DNA from: Lepidodermella squamata
Lineage: Eukaryota; Animalia; Gastrotricha
Length of the DNA: 64,000 bases
Direction: 5' to 3'
Assembly: GCA_047495785.1 (NCBI GenBank)
Contig: JBLDXI010000009.1
Location: forward strand, 5,146,001 to 5,210,000
The notes under the pieces are model-generated. The model made no database searches, was not told the origin of the DNA, and saw only the letters and a program-made list of their open reading frames with translations. The first letter of the stretch is position 1. The number at the start of each line of letters is the position of its first letter. The position numbers were made by a program, and so were the translations under genes. Shown here in pieces: positions 1-12,279 of this stretch.

Positions 1-3000
1 CTGCGACTTCCTGCTGCTTCGAGGCTGTTTCAACGGCGAAAAGCTGCAACTGCTGCTCGTAATGACACGCATCGACCTTCAACTGCTCTTTCATCGCAAT
101 CAGCTGGTTACATTCGTTCGAAACTCGCTGCAATTCGTCTTCCAAACCAGATTTTCGGTTTTCTAATTGACTGACTTGGTCACTTAGAATCGCTCGATTC
201 GATGATAGGGCGTGAAGAGTTTCCTCAGCGGCATGGACTATTCCGGATAACGAGGCTAGTTCAGCTTCGACGGTTGGTGCTGAAGTTTCGGCACCACGAG
301 ACCGGCTGTGACTTCGACTTGATCTTCGGCGATGAGATTCGGGCGATGATTCGCGTTTTTCTTCAATTTTCTGCTGTAGATTTTGCTGAAGTTGCGATAA
401 CTGAGCGGCGTTCTGAAGTTGCTGCTGCTGCACCGTGGTCAGAAACGAGTGTTTAATCTCTTGAATTTCGTTTTTGAACTGCGAAAATCTGGAAAATTAA
501 AAGAAAAATTAACGAAAAATCGGGATTTTAAGCACGAAATATAAAATAAATTTTGCCAAATTTCAGAAAGACTAATCACTTATCATGAAGGCTTTCACAG
601 TCGCAGCTTTTTATCATCATAGTAGTCGATATTTTTCGAATTATTTAGATAAAAACTCACATTAATTCGAAATTTTTGTTGTGATCGACTTGTTGAACAG
701 GCGGCTCTGGTCTCTTCTCCGGTTCAGTAGCCGCTTGCCTCAGCGATGACCGCCTTCTCGCCGCCCTGATTCGCCGTTCCTCCTCGGATTGCTCCTCGTC
801 AGAAACCGAAACTTGGATCGATCGAGCCTTCATGTACGTCGTCTTCACGTTCGCTTGAACAGCGACTGGTTTCGCTATTTGAGGCGGTTCAGTGGCTAAA
901 GCAACCGGTGGTTGGACCTGGTTTTGCGGTGGAATAGGCGGTTTCGACTCGACTACAGGTGGCGGAGCTACACAGCGATCGAGAAGTGAGCCGAATGCGT
1001 TCAACACGAAATTTTCGTGGGTGTCGAGGCGCCGATTCAGGCCGTTAAGGTGGGTTTTATAGGCGGTTGCTGCTGCGTCGAAGGAAACCGAGCACAGCTG
1101 GTGGCTGCAGTCGTTTTTATCTGGTGAGATGAAGCACATAGCGGTCAAACATCGGTCATCACAATAATTACTCATTTTAGTTTAAAAAAATTCTGATAAA
1201 TCAGGAAAAATTTTAAATTGAAAATGCAACAGAATTTCTCAAGTTAATGGCAATTTTACGCGATTTGACTGCTAAGAAATTTAGCAAAAAATAAACAATA
1301 AAATCTAAAAATAAATAATCTAATAATTTGAACCTCTTGTTGCGGAATGTCTCAGTCAAGTGTTTACAAAACGAATTATTAGAAAATTTCAGCGACCACT
1401 TCTTACCTTTTTTCGTAGCAGTAGCAGCCTTCGGCGTCGAAATGTATATAGCCGTGTGTGGGACTGATTTAGTCGAGTTATTGTTGCTATTGTTAACGGG
1501 CTGCGCGGGCTGCGGAAGTTTCTCGCCGACTTCCTTTTCCGGCTTCTTTTCGCCCGAGGTCACAACAACATCGCCGATTTGCTGGACAATGGCCGCTGGC
1601 TGGGGTGTTTCGACTTCAGCCGGCGGCTGCGGCTTGACACTAGGCGGTTTCGTAGAGTCAGCTAGGGCATCGAGTCGCGCCTTCAAAGTGTCGATTTCAG
1701 CCTTGTAATGCCCGGCTGTTTGTTCGGAATTGCTCAGGCGTGACAGCAACTGGCGCGTCAAGGCCTCGGAATCGTCGTGAAAATCGTCGCCAAGTTCCGA
1801 GGTCGAAGTCGCTGCGGCTAGCGACGAATGATTTTTGCTCGCCTAAACAAAAAATGAAAAGCAATTTAGCACTTAGTTAGAAAACACACACAGGAAGCAA
1901 CATTCTGATCTGATATGTTCTTATTTTTCGAAAAATCAAGGCTTTTTAAGCGTCGCAAGAAAAATACACCAATTTACCTTTGAAATTAAAAACATGTACC
2001 AAGCGCTTATTTACTACTGTGATGCTGGATGATTAATAATTTACATGCTAGAAATCCCACAGGACTGAGAAAGAGAGGAAGTGAACGCAAATTTACAAAA
2101 GAAATCTGGGTCAACGTTTCACGGACTGTCCCGACAATCATAGAATAGCTACATTTGCTCAGTGTTTTTCATAGAAATTGACGTTAAATCGTTAGAAATC
2201 GGATCAATCTTCTTAAGTGGGTAAAAATGGGTAAATCTTTAACCATGGATTTTATCATATCTAATATCTAATCATTTATAAATTCCACTGAAAAATCGCG
2301 GAAAAATTTATAAATATCACGACTCAAATTTTGTCACTACTGGTCAGAAATCATAAGACAACCTAAGAATTTCAAACTGATTTTAAATTTCAATATTAAC
2401 TTCAAATTTTGAAATGGAAAAAATATGAAAAAGAGCTTACCTCATTTTCACTTTGCGATTCTGACGTATGACGAACAGATGGCCGAGACTGGAAACGATG
2501 CGGCTCGTTCAAAAACCGATTTTGCCCAAATCGATTGAATTTATGCGGACTGGGCGATTGCGAATTCTCATCGCCGGTTACCGTCGTATTAATGTGCGGA
2601 GTCGACGTCCGCGGTTGCTGATGAAGATTTTTCACCTCAGAATTATTATTATTTTCAACCACCGAATCGCCTAACGCAGCCAGAAACAACGGACTCGGCT
2701 CGACATTCGCGAATTTCGCCGTCGATTTTCCACCCGGAAATGGCGAATGATTTGCTGTTGAAGCTAGAGCAGCGGTTAGATCACATCGAGCCGCATGAAG
2801 GGACGCGTACATCGTGTCGAAATGGCCATTTAGCGAGGTGGACCCAGATAACGAAACAGGGACATCCGCTCGTAATTTACCCAACCGCGACCTGCAAATT
2901 TCGATATCGTCATCCAGCCGATCGGCGGTTGATTCGAGGCGACGAAGGGCTTCCTCATTTTCAGGATCGATTTCAGCTGATTTTCTCACTTGTTGACACT

Positions 3001-6000
3001 CGGTTTGAACTCGGTTGATTTCGCCCTGTAATTGCCGCATAGCCGCTGAGAATTCTCGAGATAGACCGACAATCAGCGGCAAATCTTGCTGATCTTCCGG
3101 TTGATTTTCGTTCGCTTTGTTACTCGGCATCGAATTCAGCGAGGAAGATTCGCGGCGAAATGCGATAGGTTCCGTGTTTATCACCAATTTAAACGGCGAT
3201 TTGCCGATGTAAGGCGCGGGCGGTTGGGGCGAGGAGCGGGCGTTTAAATAGTCACTGGAAGCGTGAAGATTCTGAAAGGACGAGGAAGAAGGCCTTGGTT
3301 GTTGTTGTTGCATCGATTCGGGAAGATTGGACGATTGTTTCGAGTTGTTGCTGTTGAGCAGAATGTTGGCGACCGAGTCGAATTTGGCGTCAATTTTGAA
3401 AAAGGCCAACTGTTCCTCGAGGTCTGCTTGCCTGCGATGCGTCTCCACAAGTTCGAATGTCTGCGTTTTAAGCTAGAAGAAAATATAGAAATTGATTAAA
3501 CAAGGCTTAAATAAAGATTCGGCAATATCAAATCACTAGAATTTAGTAAAAAAACTTAGAGATTAGGCTCACAAATAAAATCGAATAAAAATCTCGAATT
3601 ATTAAAAATATTTCAAGTTATTGCAAAATTTTATTTTTTATTTTTCAAGAGCCACTACTACCATACTCGTAAAATTGAATTGGATTTGAAATGGCAGAAA
3701 TTCGATAAAGGGAAATGAATTGAGCTAAAATTTCCCCAATTTCTCAATTCAACAAGCAAACAATTAAAGAGATAGCATTTTCAAAGGTCTGAGTATTGCC
3801 TATACTGAATAAGAAAATTAATTTCCACAATAGAAAAAATTTAAAAGTGAAACTTGACGTAGTAAATTTTGAATAACATAATTACACAAGAGCGTTGTAA
3901 AAATCAAAGAAAATATTTCTGAAAAATATTAATTGAAAATTGACTCTCGGCTACGTAATATATTTACGTTTCGCACATGTTCTATTGACCGCTCGCAAAT
4001 ATTATAATGTAAAGGCACGCCGCGCATTCATAAAAATTAATTAACGTAAACAAAACGTGCTATGCTAGGCTAAAAACGAACCAATTCGTCCTTGATGCTG
4101 ATTTCAGTCTGTAATTGCTGAACATTTTGCTGCTGCTGTTGCTGCTGAGACTGACCAGGCGGAGGTTTCGACGGCGGGTTCTTTTCAGTACTAGACCCGC
4201 CACTGGACCGCCTTGTCGCCCCTAACGGAGCTGCGAGGGTTGACGACGGCGATTTGTGGAGCTGTGAATGGCCGATATTCGGGTGGTTATTCAAATCGAA
4301 CATCGACTTCGAAGTTTGCGGCGCCAGTGCAGGTAGCATTTCATCTGTAGTAATATATTATAATAGAATATAGCGATTTAAGTAATAATTTTCGTGAAAA
4401 AATCTCGGCTGTTGTTTACGCAGCCCACCGCCTCAAGGTGGCCTTAAATTTTTAATGAGCACGAGGGACCATCGCAAAAATACACACATATACTATATAT
4501 TTAGGGACGCGTAAACAACAAGTGCCGATGAAACGAGCAGCTTTCTTAGGCTGTGCGACAACGACGGGGAAGAAAACAAAGCTCTCACCTGTGTGCCGAT
4601 CAATCGCGGTTGCTGTCAACGATCCGCCGGTCTGCAAATTAGCGCCGCTTCCGGCACTGCGGCCGCTTTTCGCCGACTCGTTCGAGGAGAGGCGCGAGGA
4701 ACGCATCGCGGCTTGCTGTTCATTACTGCTCCGCCTTGACGACACCTGCGTTCGAATAATTAAGTTTAATCTCGTTAAAATAATAATTTATCCGTAACAC
4801 AAGCTATGATTTGCGCTCAATATCTAGGCCAAAATAATAATTTCTACAATAAGATAATAGGTAAGGTCAAACTACCTGGCCGCTTTGACCAAATATGAAA
4901 ATATGACGGAAAAACTGGTCGCTAATAAAAATTGCTTGAATTTTTAGATGAGAAGACCATTCGCAAATAGAAGCTCGTCCCGTTTAGTATCCCAATTTTA
5001 AGGGATTAATGGGGCCCGGAAACGTCGCAATTATGAAAACCTCAGTTTAAATTGAGTAAATTCAAGGAAACAATTTTTGAAAATTAGACTGAAAAATCAG
5101 CCATAAATGATCGGAAGAAGGCTTTTATCCATTACCTGAAAATACTTCATTTTCCGATATTTTTTAAGAGGAAATTAATCACCCTCAGCAATGTTTAATG
5201 CCTAAATTTCACCAAATTTTTTATCAGAAAACTCCTGAAATATATCGATTTCTTACAACCACTTCTTGGCGCTGGTGCACTGAAACCGAGAAGTACCTAT
5301 CATATTTATAGCTTGAGATTACAGATTATAGAGATTAAAATCTATATGTTAAGACATGGTAATCTCTTGTTTATAATAAACTGGCCACTCCGTAAATAAA
5401 TATTATCCCTCAGGTATCTTATGCACTCAATCATCCATCTATTCCACAAGTGCATTGAGTAAAAAGCGGAATATCAGCATAACTCGAAAAATTGATCAAT
5501 AAAATTTTTGGTAACAACAAGAAACAGGGAGGAATTCAATTTTCCTCGTTTTCCGAACTCTCGAGTAACAACAAAAAATACGATTGGCTCGGAAAATAAA
5601 TCAGACGCGATTTAATTATATTTTTGATGTGCATTTAATTGGCACGGAGTGAAACTGAGAAAAATGATTAACATAATTTCTTTTAATAAAAATAGAACAA
5701 ATTCATATACCGTACCATATCAGATCTTAGTAAAATATTTATTCTGATCAAGGTGGGCCTAATATTCGATCAGAAATCAGAAAATTACAAAAAATACCAT
5801 CATGAAAGGCCTAATCAACTTAGTAAAAATAGAGGGATTCACCTATCGAGCAAAAATCAGTAAAAAGTGCCTTAAATTTACTCCTAAAGGTGCAGAAAAA
5901 GAACAATTTTTCCAAAATCTCACCTGTTCAGCCATGAGAGCTTGCCGAAACGGTGACGTAAATTCGCCCGAACCACCAAAAGAAGTCGATGAAGAAGACG

Positions 6001-6097
6001 ACGGGATGAGTCGCGGGGGTTGTACTATCGAGTTGAAGTCAATAACCGGCATTTGCTGCTGCTGCTGAGGCTGCTGCTGTTGCCCGAGGTCGCCCAT
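1..6097 (-). CDS. Multi-exon coiled-coil / low-complexity protein of unknown family; 3' end lies beyond the window start
   Basis: Hand-spliced exons 6097-5924, 4745-4589, 4344-4082, 3472-2441, 1842-1407, 1120-661 and 488-<1. All introns are GT-AG, phases match and the frame is open to base 1. The protein is Q/S/P-rich with heptad segments (FSAAMRQLQGEINRVQTECQQV; LSDQVSQLENRKSGLEDELQRV). No family motif recognised. Confidence 0.8.
560..623 (-). ncRNA. Box C/D snoRNA, copy 1 (predicted 28S rRNA 2'-O-methylation guide), in intron 489-660 of the coiled-coil gene
   Basis: Minus strand reads ATGATGA (box C)-taaaaagctgcgact-GTGA (D'-like)-aagccttc-ATGATA (C')-agtGATTAGTCTTT-CTGA (box D). The guide is complementary to the conserved LSU rRNA sequence AAAGACUAAUC. 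Box D ends about 74 nt upstream of the 3' splice site. A paralog lies at 8125-8193. Confidence 0.85.
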
Positions 6098-8025
6098 GTG
6101 TGTGATTATTACGAATTAACAACAACAACAATACGAGAAGTCGGTGATAATTGCTAGCAGATTTCACTGCTCATCCGGCAGCAGTATAAGACATTATCGC
6201 GCTTGCTCGCAGCTTGTTGGCGCCAGTAACAGAAAAGCAGCGGGCGATCGATGCCAGGCAAATATTGCGGTGGATACGACTGTTTACTCGAACATTGCGC
6301 CCGGTCAAATGATTGGATCACTTTCACTTCCGCCTAACAGCAGCGCCTAATCCGCTTCATTTGCATAATAATAATCATTCGATTTCAAGGATTAGCGCCT
6401 ATAAACACCGAAAAAAGTCGAGTTACCCCCAACAAGAAAAAACAAAAACAACAACAATATTGCTAGAATTGCTCGATCGGCGAGAAAAGCGATTGTGTAC
6501 CAAACAAACAGCTACTACCTAATTAAATTTCGCTTTCTAGACTGATACCAGGGTAATACACGGCGCGAAAAATAGCGCTCGTATAGGTTCAAATCAATTA
6601 CACACCCGTGGCGCAAAACACAAAACAAACTAGTACAGCGGGCATCCACTTTAAGGCGAAAATCGATTTATACCCAATCCGAAAATATTTTTTCACATTA
6701 TATTTTGGAGAAAATAATAAACTAAGCTGAAAAAATTGTAATTAATTCGATTAACTAATTTTAAGATGGAGCGAAAACAATTTAGAAATATCCCGAAAAA
6801 TAAATATAAATTTTCGAAAAATACTCTGAAAATTGATTGAACGACATGAATAGCTTTAGCCACGTGAAAAGCAAGTTTTTCAATTCTTAGAATTCACCCA
6901 TGCGTTTTCTAGCAAAAATTCTAATGACAGCGAATGATGATTTATGCTCAAAGTTGAATGAGCACAAAAACGTTCAAGTACTACACAGGCACTTCGAAAT
7001 AAATTGTGCTTCAGATCAAATAAAAGGAGCGGATCCAATCGTTTTCATCAAAATACCATTTAAAAATCTATAAAAAAAACATTCAAATTTAAGCTTGGAA
7101 AATTCATTTTTTCTCATTTTTGCGACAAGTAAGAAGACAGTAATAACGCAGCGAGAGACAATTTGAGAGAAAAATAATCAAAAAATTACATCGAGCGACT
7201 TGTTTTCTTTGCTTTTGACTCGATCTCTATGATTTCTATAGACAATTTGCATCTCATGTGTTTATGTGAATCATGAAAGTTGTTCCGATCATTTCTACCA
7301 ATCAAATATATTCAAGTAGCAAAATAATAACGGCAACAATAAGATGACAGTACAACATACAAGAGGGTTGTTGTTGCTGTTTTTTTCGTGAAAAATAGTA
7401 GACCGGGCGAAAGAGGCGACGGCGCGAGCGAACCCAGGCACAACACGCGCGAAAATTGCAGAAGCAGCGGAGTGTTTACAGTAGGTGCGGCAGCAAGGAA
7501 CGTCGTCGATTTAGCAATTACACATCTACTCCCGGGTTATAAATTATGATGATTGTTAGATCAATGTTGTTAGTTAACTCGACGCGTTGTAGGCGCACAT
7601 TGATTCACGAATTCCGTTCGCTCGAAACAAATGACAATAAATGAAGCGTTATTGCTATTACTATCGTAAATATTAACGCGCGACGAGACAATAGGCGAAT
7701 AAAACGGGCGCGGCGGCTTATTCACGCCACAATCGCGTTAAATATGTCTTTTCACCACCAATAACGGCCTTCCATCCTTTCATTCACTCACTCACTCTCT
7801 CGTTTCAGGTGAATAGATGCCGGAGTTCTACACCAATTACTAAGGGCGAAATGTAGGCACAAAGTCGACGACAAAATAAAACACGCATAAGTACATCATC
7901 GTCATCGTTTTCACACATTTCAGCACAAACAACAACAACAATAATAAACAGTTAATGGCGACAAAAATTTGCAGAGGAGGTGATGAAAATATGTGTTATC
8001 AAAAGATGAAGCAAGGCAGCATTTT

Positions 8026-10641
8026 TCATTCGATTCCGAGATATCTCCGAACCTGGATTAAGGGGAAAAACAAAATTATTAGTAAAAAATCATAAATCTA
8101 CGAAAAATCGCTATTTTTTTAGAGAAATCAGAAAGACTAATCAATGTTATATCATAAAACGCGTTCACAGTCGCAGCTGTTTTTCATCATAAAATTTGAC
8201 TAGCAACGAGCGATCGAATTGCCTATAGCAGTGGCGAGTGCACAAAAGCACATCCGGTCAATAGTTTCTATCGTGAAAAACTAGCACTTCGCTAATCAGA
8301 GGCTGCAAAAATTCGATTTAATCATCTCACTCGAGTGTGATTTCAAGTGCTATTCGATGAATTTTACGGCTAAAAATTACTAAGTTACGTCGAAAATAAT
8401 AAAATTATTCTACGATAAATTAAAAAATTTCAATAAAATTACTTGACGCATTCTGTGATTTAAGGTCAATTTTTCAAATCAAATTAAAATTGAAAAATTA
8501 TATTCGATCGCTCATTGCTGAGTGCTTTAGGATTATAGCAGAATGAGCTAATTAAGGCAATGGCTTACTTTTTCGTAAACTACATAGGTGATCGAAATGG
8601 CAGGCGCGGTTTTCATGATACTAGGAATGAGACCACGGTAAAGGCCGCGAATGCCGTCCTCGCGCCAAATCGACACGAGCAAATGGCTCATAGTGTCGCG
8701 TCCAGCGCCCAGGTCCGCTTTAATCAAGACAACAAATATTAGTGGAAATTTGCGGCCAGAAATCGGCGATATTTACCCTTCGCTTGCATGTTCGTGCGCA
8801 GAACATTGAGTGGGAATGAGGCTAATTGCGCCGCGGTCGAACTGACCACGCCGCAGCACAGGGTGATGAAGATACTCGGCTCCTGGCCGTCAGTCGAGTA
8901 GAATGTCCTCATAGTCTGTCGAGTACGAAAGGTTAATAGCCTCAAATTTGACATTCCGCGCAAATACTTGCCTCATACACGGCCAAATCGATGCCAGCGT
9001 ACGGTACTATGCCTATTACAGAGGGCACGTAGCCGCGGTAGAACGAACGAAGGCCCTCGCGTTTCCATATTTGATATGTTAAATCGACTATGCCCCTGTA
9101 TTCACCGGTTCGGCCAAGAGCTAGCCTTGTTTTTATCACCTAGTAGAATAAGAAATAAATGTAAAGAATTTTCTAGAAAAATTGGAAAAAAATCAATTTT
9201 TATAAAAATTTTATAAGAGAGTTAGCCAACATTTATCGGAGATTTAAACGACGCACAACAAAAGGATTTTTTGCTGTACTCATGATTTTCCCACTATAGG
9301 GACCAGATCTCATTAAATTTGCATACGATGATGCCCCAGGTGATTTGCGATCAAAAAATTGAATGAACGGAGGAAATAACCATTAATGCACAAAAAGACA
9401 ATGAAACTAAATACCCAGCTCTCCTCAATTTCATCATGGTTCATCACAATGAATGTAAAATCTCAAATTTCATAGAATCATTAAAAGGCATTTGAGCAAT
9501 TTTCTCGTAAAATGGGAAGAACCATACTGATAAAAAATGGGATAAATTAATCTTACCTCCATAGGATATATTGTGCTTTGAGCCAGGGCACCGGCGGTTG
9601 AACCGGCAACGAATCGCTCAATGGGGCCAATTTGGCGGTCTGTGTTGTTAGTTATCGCTCGCTTAAGCTGAAAAACAAGAACGACATCAATAGATAAAAT
9701 TTCAGACGTTGTAATATACAGATGTAATAATTGAGAGAGTCACGCAAGAGATGTCCCTCGCCTTAATGTTTCTACATGTGTATTATTTACCCGTTCGAAA
9801 CACGCAAACTTCACAGCTGTCTCCGGCGCTATTTTTATCACGTTGACGAAATTGCCGCGGAACATGCCTATCACACCACCTTCCCGGACCAGTTTCTTGA
9901 AACCATCAACAATTCCGTATTGCCCGTGTCCGCCATACACCTGCAGGAAAATTTTCAACCGGTCGATTGGCGCGGTGGCGGTACGAGATACAGCGCCAGC
10001 AACACCGCCTGCGACTAGATTTCTATAGAACATCTGCATTCGCTGGCTAAAATCGGCATCCGGAATGAGACCAGCCTCGCCAACGTCCAACATGGCGTGG
10101 TTCCAATAGTGCACAATATCGGTGATTTGGCCCGAGTTAGGGTGAAGCAAGAAAAACTCGCGCCAATCATTCCAATTTATACTCAGAGATTTCTCTTTGT
10201 CCAACTTTTCTACCAAATCTGAAATTTCTTGGTTCGAAAGGTCGACCCCAAGATCGCGGAAGGTAGATTTGATTTCGTCTATTGAGATTTTGCCATCTCG
10301 GTCTTTGTCGAAATGCTCGAAAGTTATTTTCAAATCGCGCTCGCGCTCACGGACGAATGTGAGAAATTCTTTGTAATTTACATCACCAGATTTGTCGTTG
10401 TCAAATCTTCGCATAAAAATCTAGAATCCAAGAAAAATTAAGCATTTTCTTCAGTCTTTATGAGTATTCATACCTCTGCATGTTTTGGCAGCTGATGAAC
10501 ACGCTTCTTCTTCAGCGCAGCCGACAAATCCTTCAAGTCAATGGTGCCATCGTGATTAATGTCAAGCTCTTTGAACAGTTGATCGACTCGTTCTTCTGTC
10601 AAATCACTGAGATATGGCTTTGAGGTGTTTGATGCAGACAT
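8026..10641 (-). CDS. Calcium-binding mitochondrial ATP-Mg/Pi carrier (SCaMC, SLC25A23/24/25 family)
   Basis: Exons 10641-10474, 10420-9791, 9667-9557, 9139-8972, 8915-8777, 8717-8569 and 8052-8026. N-terminal EF-hands ([33 protein letters not shown]) precede three carrier repeats ([41 protein letters not shown]). C-terminus is [11 protein letters not shown]. Intron 8971-8916 is GC-AG. Confidence 0.95.
8125..8193 (-). ncRNA. Box C/D snoRNA, copy 2, in the last intron (8053-8568) of the SCaMC carrier gene
   Basis: Minus strand reads ATGATGA-aaaacagctgcgact-GTGA-acgcgtttt-ATGATA-taacaTTGATTAGTCTTT-CTGA. Boxes and both guide segments are conserved with copy 1 while the spacers differ. Box D ends about 75 nt upstream of the acceptor at 8053. 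Confidence 0.85.
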
Positions 10642-12279
10642 TTCGAGCGCTGCTATTAGTAATCATTCACATCAATCAAACCTATGTCATCCTACCGCAA
10701 TGTAAAATAAAAATTGTAAATTTTCTGAAAAAGATCTTCGCGGTAAATCCAAGCACAGTATAAGTAAGATCAGTGAACGAGATCGACATGCCCACATGAT
10801 CGCCACCAATTACAAGAAATTTCAAGCCGATAAAGTACACAAAACTTGACTAATACTTGCTATTCGTTATTTTTTTTCAGCATCAAATATTATCAATAAT
10901 TTTAACATGCGTTGTGATTTGCTCTTCGTTTTGTCCCTATATTAAATAACTTCCTTGAAACAGATACGAGGGATATCCCGAGCCTGGAATAAATACCCGG
11001 GAAAGTTAGACGGGCCAGCTTTGAGTTTGTACATTTGGCCGACATCACTCAATTTAAACGGATAGCACAACTTATCACCATCTGCTGTTCCCATATCCCG
11101 GTAAGAAGGGGCCTAAATGCATTGCTAAACCTTCAAAACAAGTAATCAGACATCAGACATCCGCCGGTTACAAACGAAAATAGAAGAGTATTGGAATTAC
11201 AACTCATCAGCTGATCTAGAATGAAAATATTCAATGCCGCCGATCAAGTAATCCAAATAAATTTTGGTCGGTTAATAAATAGCGTAAAAATAGCTCCACT
11301 GAGAACTAATAAGTAACAAAATTATTTGCTTTTAATGCTTTCCTCGATTCTCGTTTGATGCCAGGTACAAAAAGCAAGAGGAAGTAGAAAACGGCCAATT
11401 GAACAATTCTGACTTCTGAAATTAATTTGCAATCGACAGAAATTTCGAAACGTGCATTCGAGGGCAACGTTTGCGCGACACTACCTTCGACCAGAGGTAA
11501 ACAGATCACAGGCTAAAGGATCTTTAGGGTCTCTGGGTTCCCAGGGTTTCCCGTAGATTCCGCGGAGTTCGCGATTTCGGCGCGTCTTGAACAAAACGCA
11601 TTTTTTGATGCACCATGCATGAGACCATTCATTTCATGTCGACGTATAATTAAAATATGTGTGATATAAACAAAAAAATTAATAATTAACATGTAGCTGC
11701 ATATTGCGCAGTTTTATTTTAAACGAAATTTTCGTTGTCGCGAGAAAATGCCTGGGGATGGTATTTTCGCAGCCAAAAAAATCTCATCGAGGCGGCTAAT
11801 GGAGAGCGCCACCGGGTCACGAGACTTCTTTGTCCTGTTTACTATACACCTACCTGGCGTGATCTCAAGAAATGCACTTTTCTTGTACTCATGTAGATTT
11901 TGTACTGCTACACTCATGCAATCATAAAAACTTAGGCTGCACTTTTTCCTCTACCAGTTATTGACCATTCATAATTGCCCGTTAAGCAAATGCAAATATT
12001 CTCTTTGCCTACATATTTGAATAGGGAGTAATAAACCGAATTCCCAATATTGCTTAATTCTATTTAGTGACGAATTCTATCTATGGCTTCGTTGTAGGAA
12101 AATATTAATCAAGAAGCCTATAGTCTTGATTCTTGATTTTTACTTTCACGCAGAGCTATCTCTTGAGCTTTCATTTTTCAATTGGCTTTTCATAAGAACT
12201 CGTTGTTTGTGCAAATCACATGATTGTCTAGCAACATTCTCTTAATATGATTTTCGATTTTTTTGTTAGAACCTTATCA

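Noticed and set aside
1120-1165. Additional snoRNA candidate (GTGATGA on the minus strand); similar box-C-like hits near 6934, 9431-9447 and 32960
   Set aside because: No suitably placed CTGA box D and no recognisable rRNA guide.
202-6522. Plus-strand ORFs such as 202-456, 1328-1708, 3263-3499 and 4522-4797
   Set aside because: They are mostly antisense shadows of the minus-strand coiled-coil gene's exons and carry no motifs.
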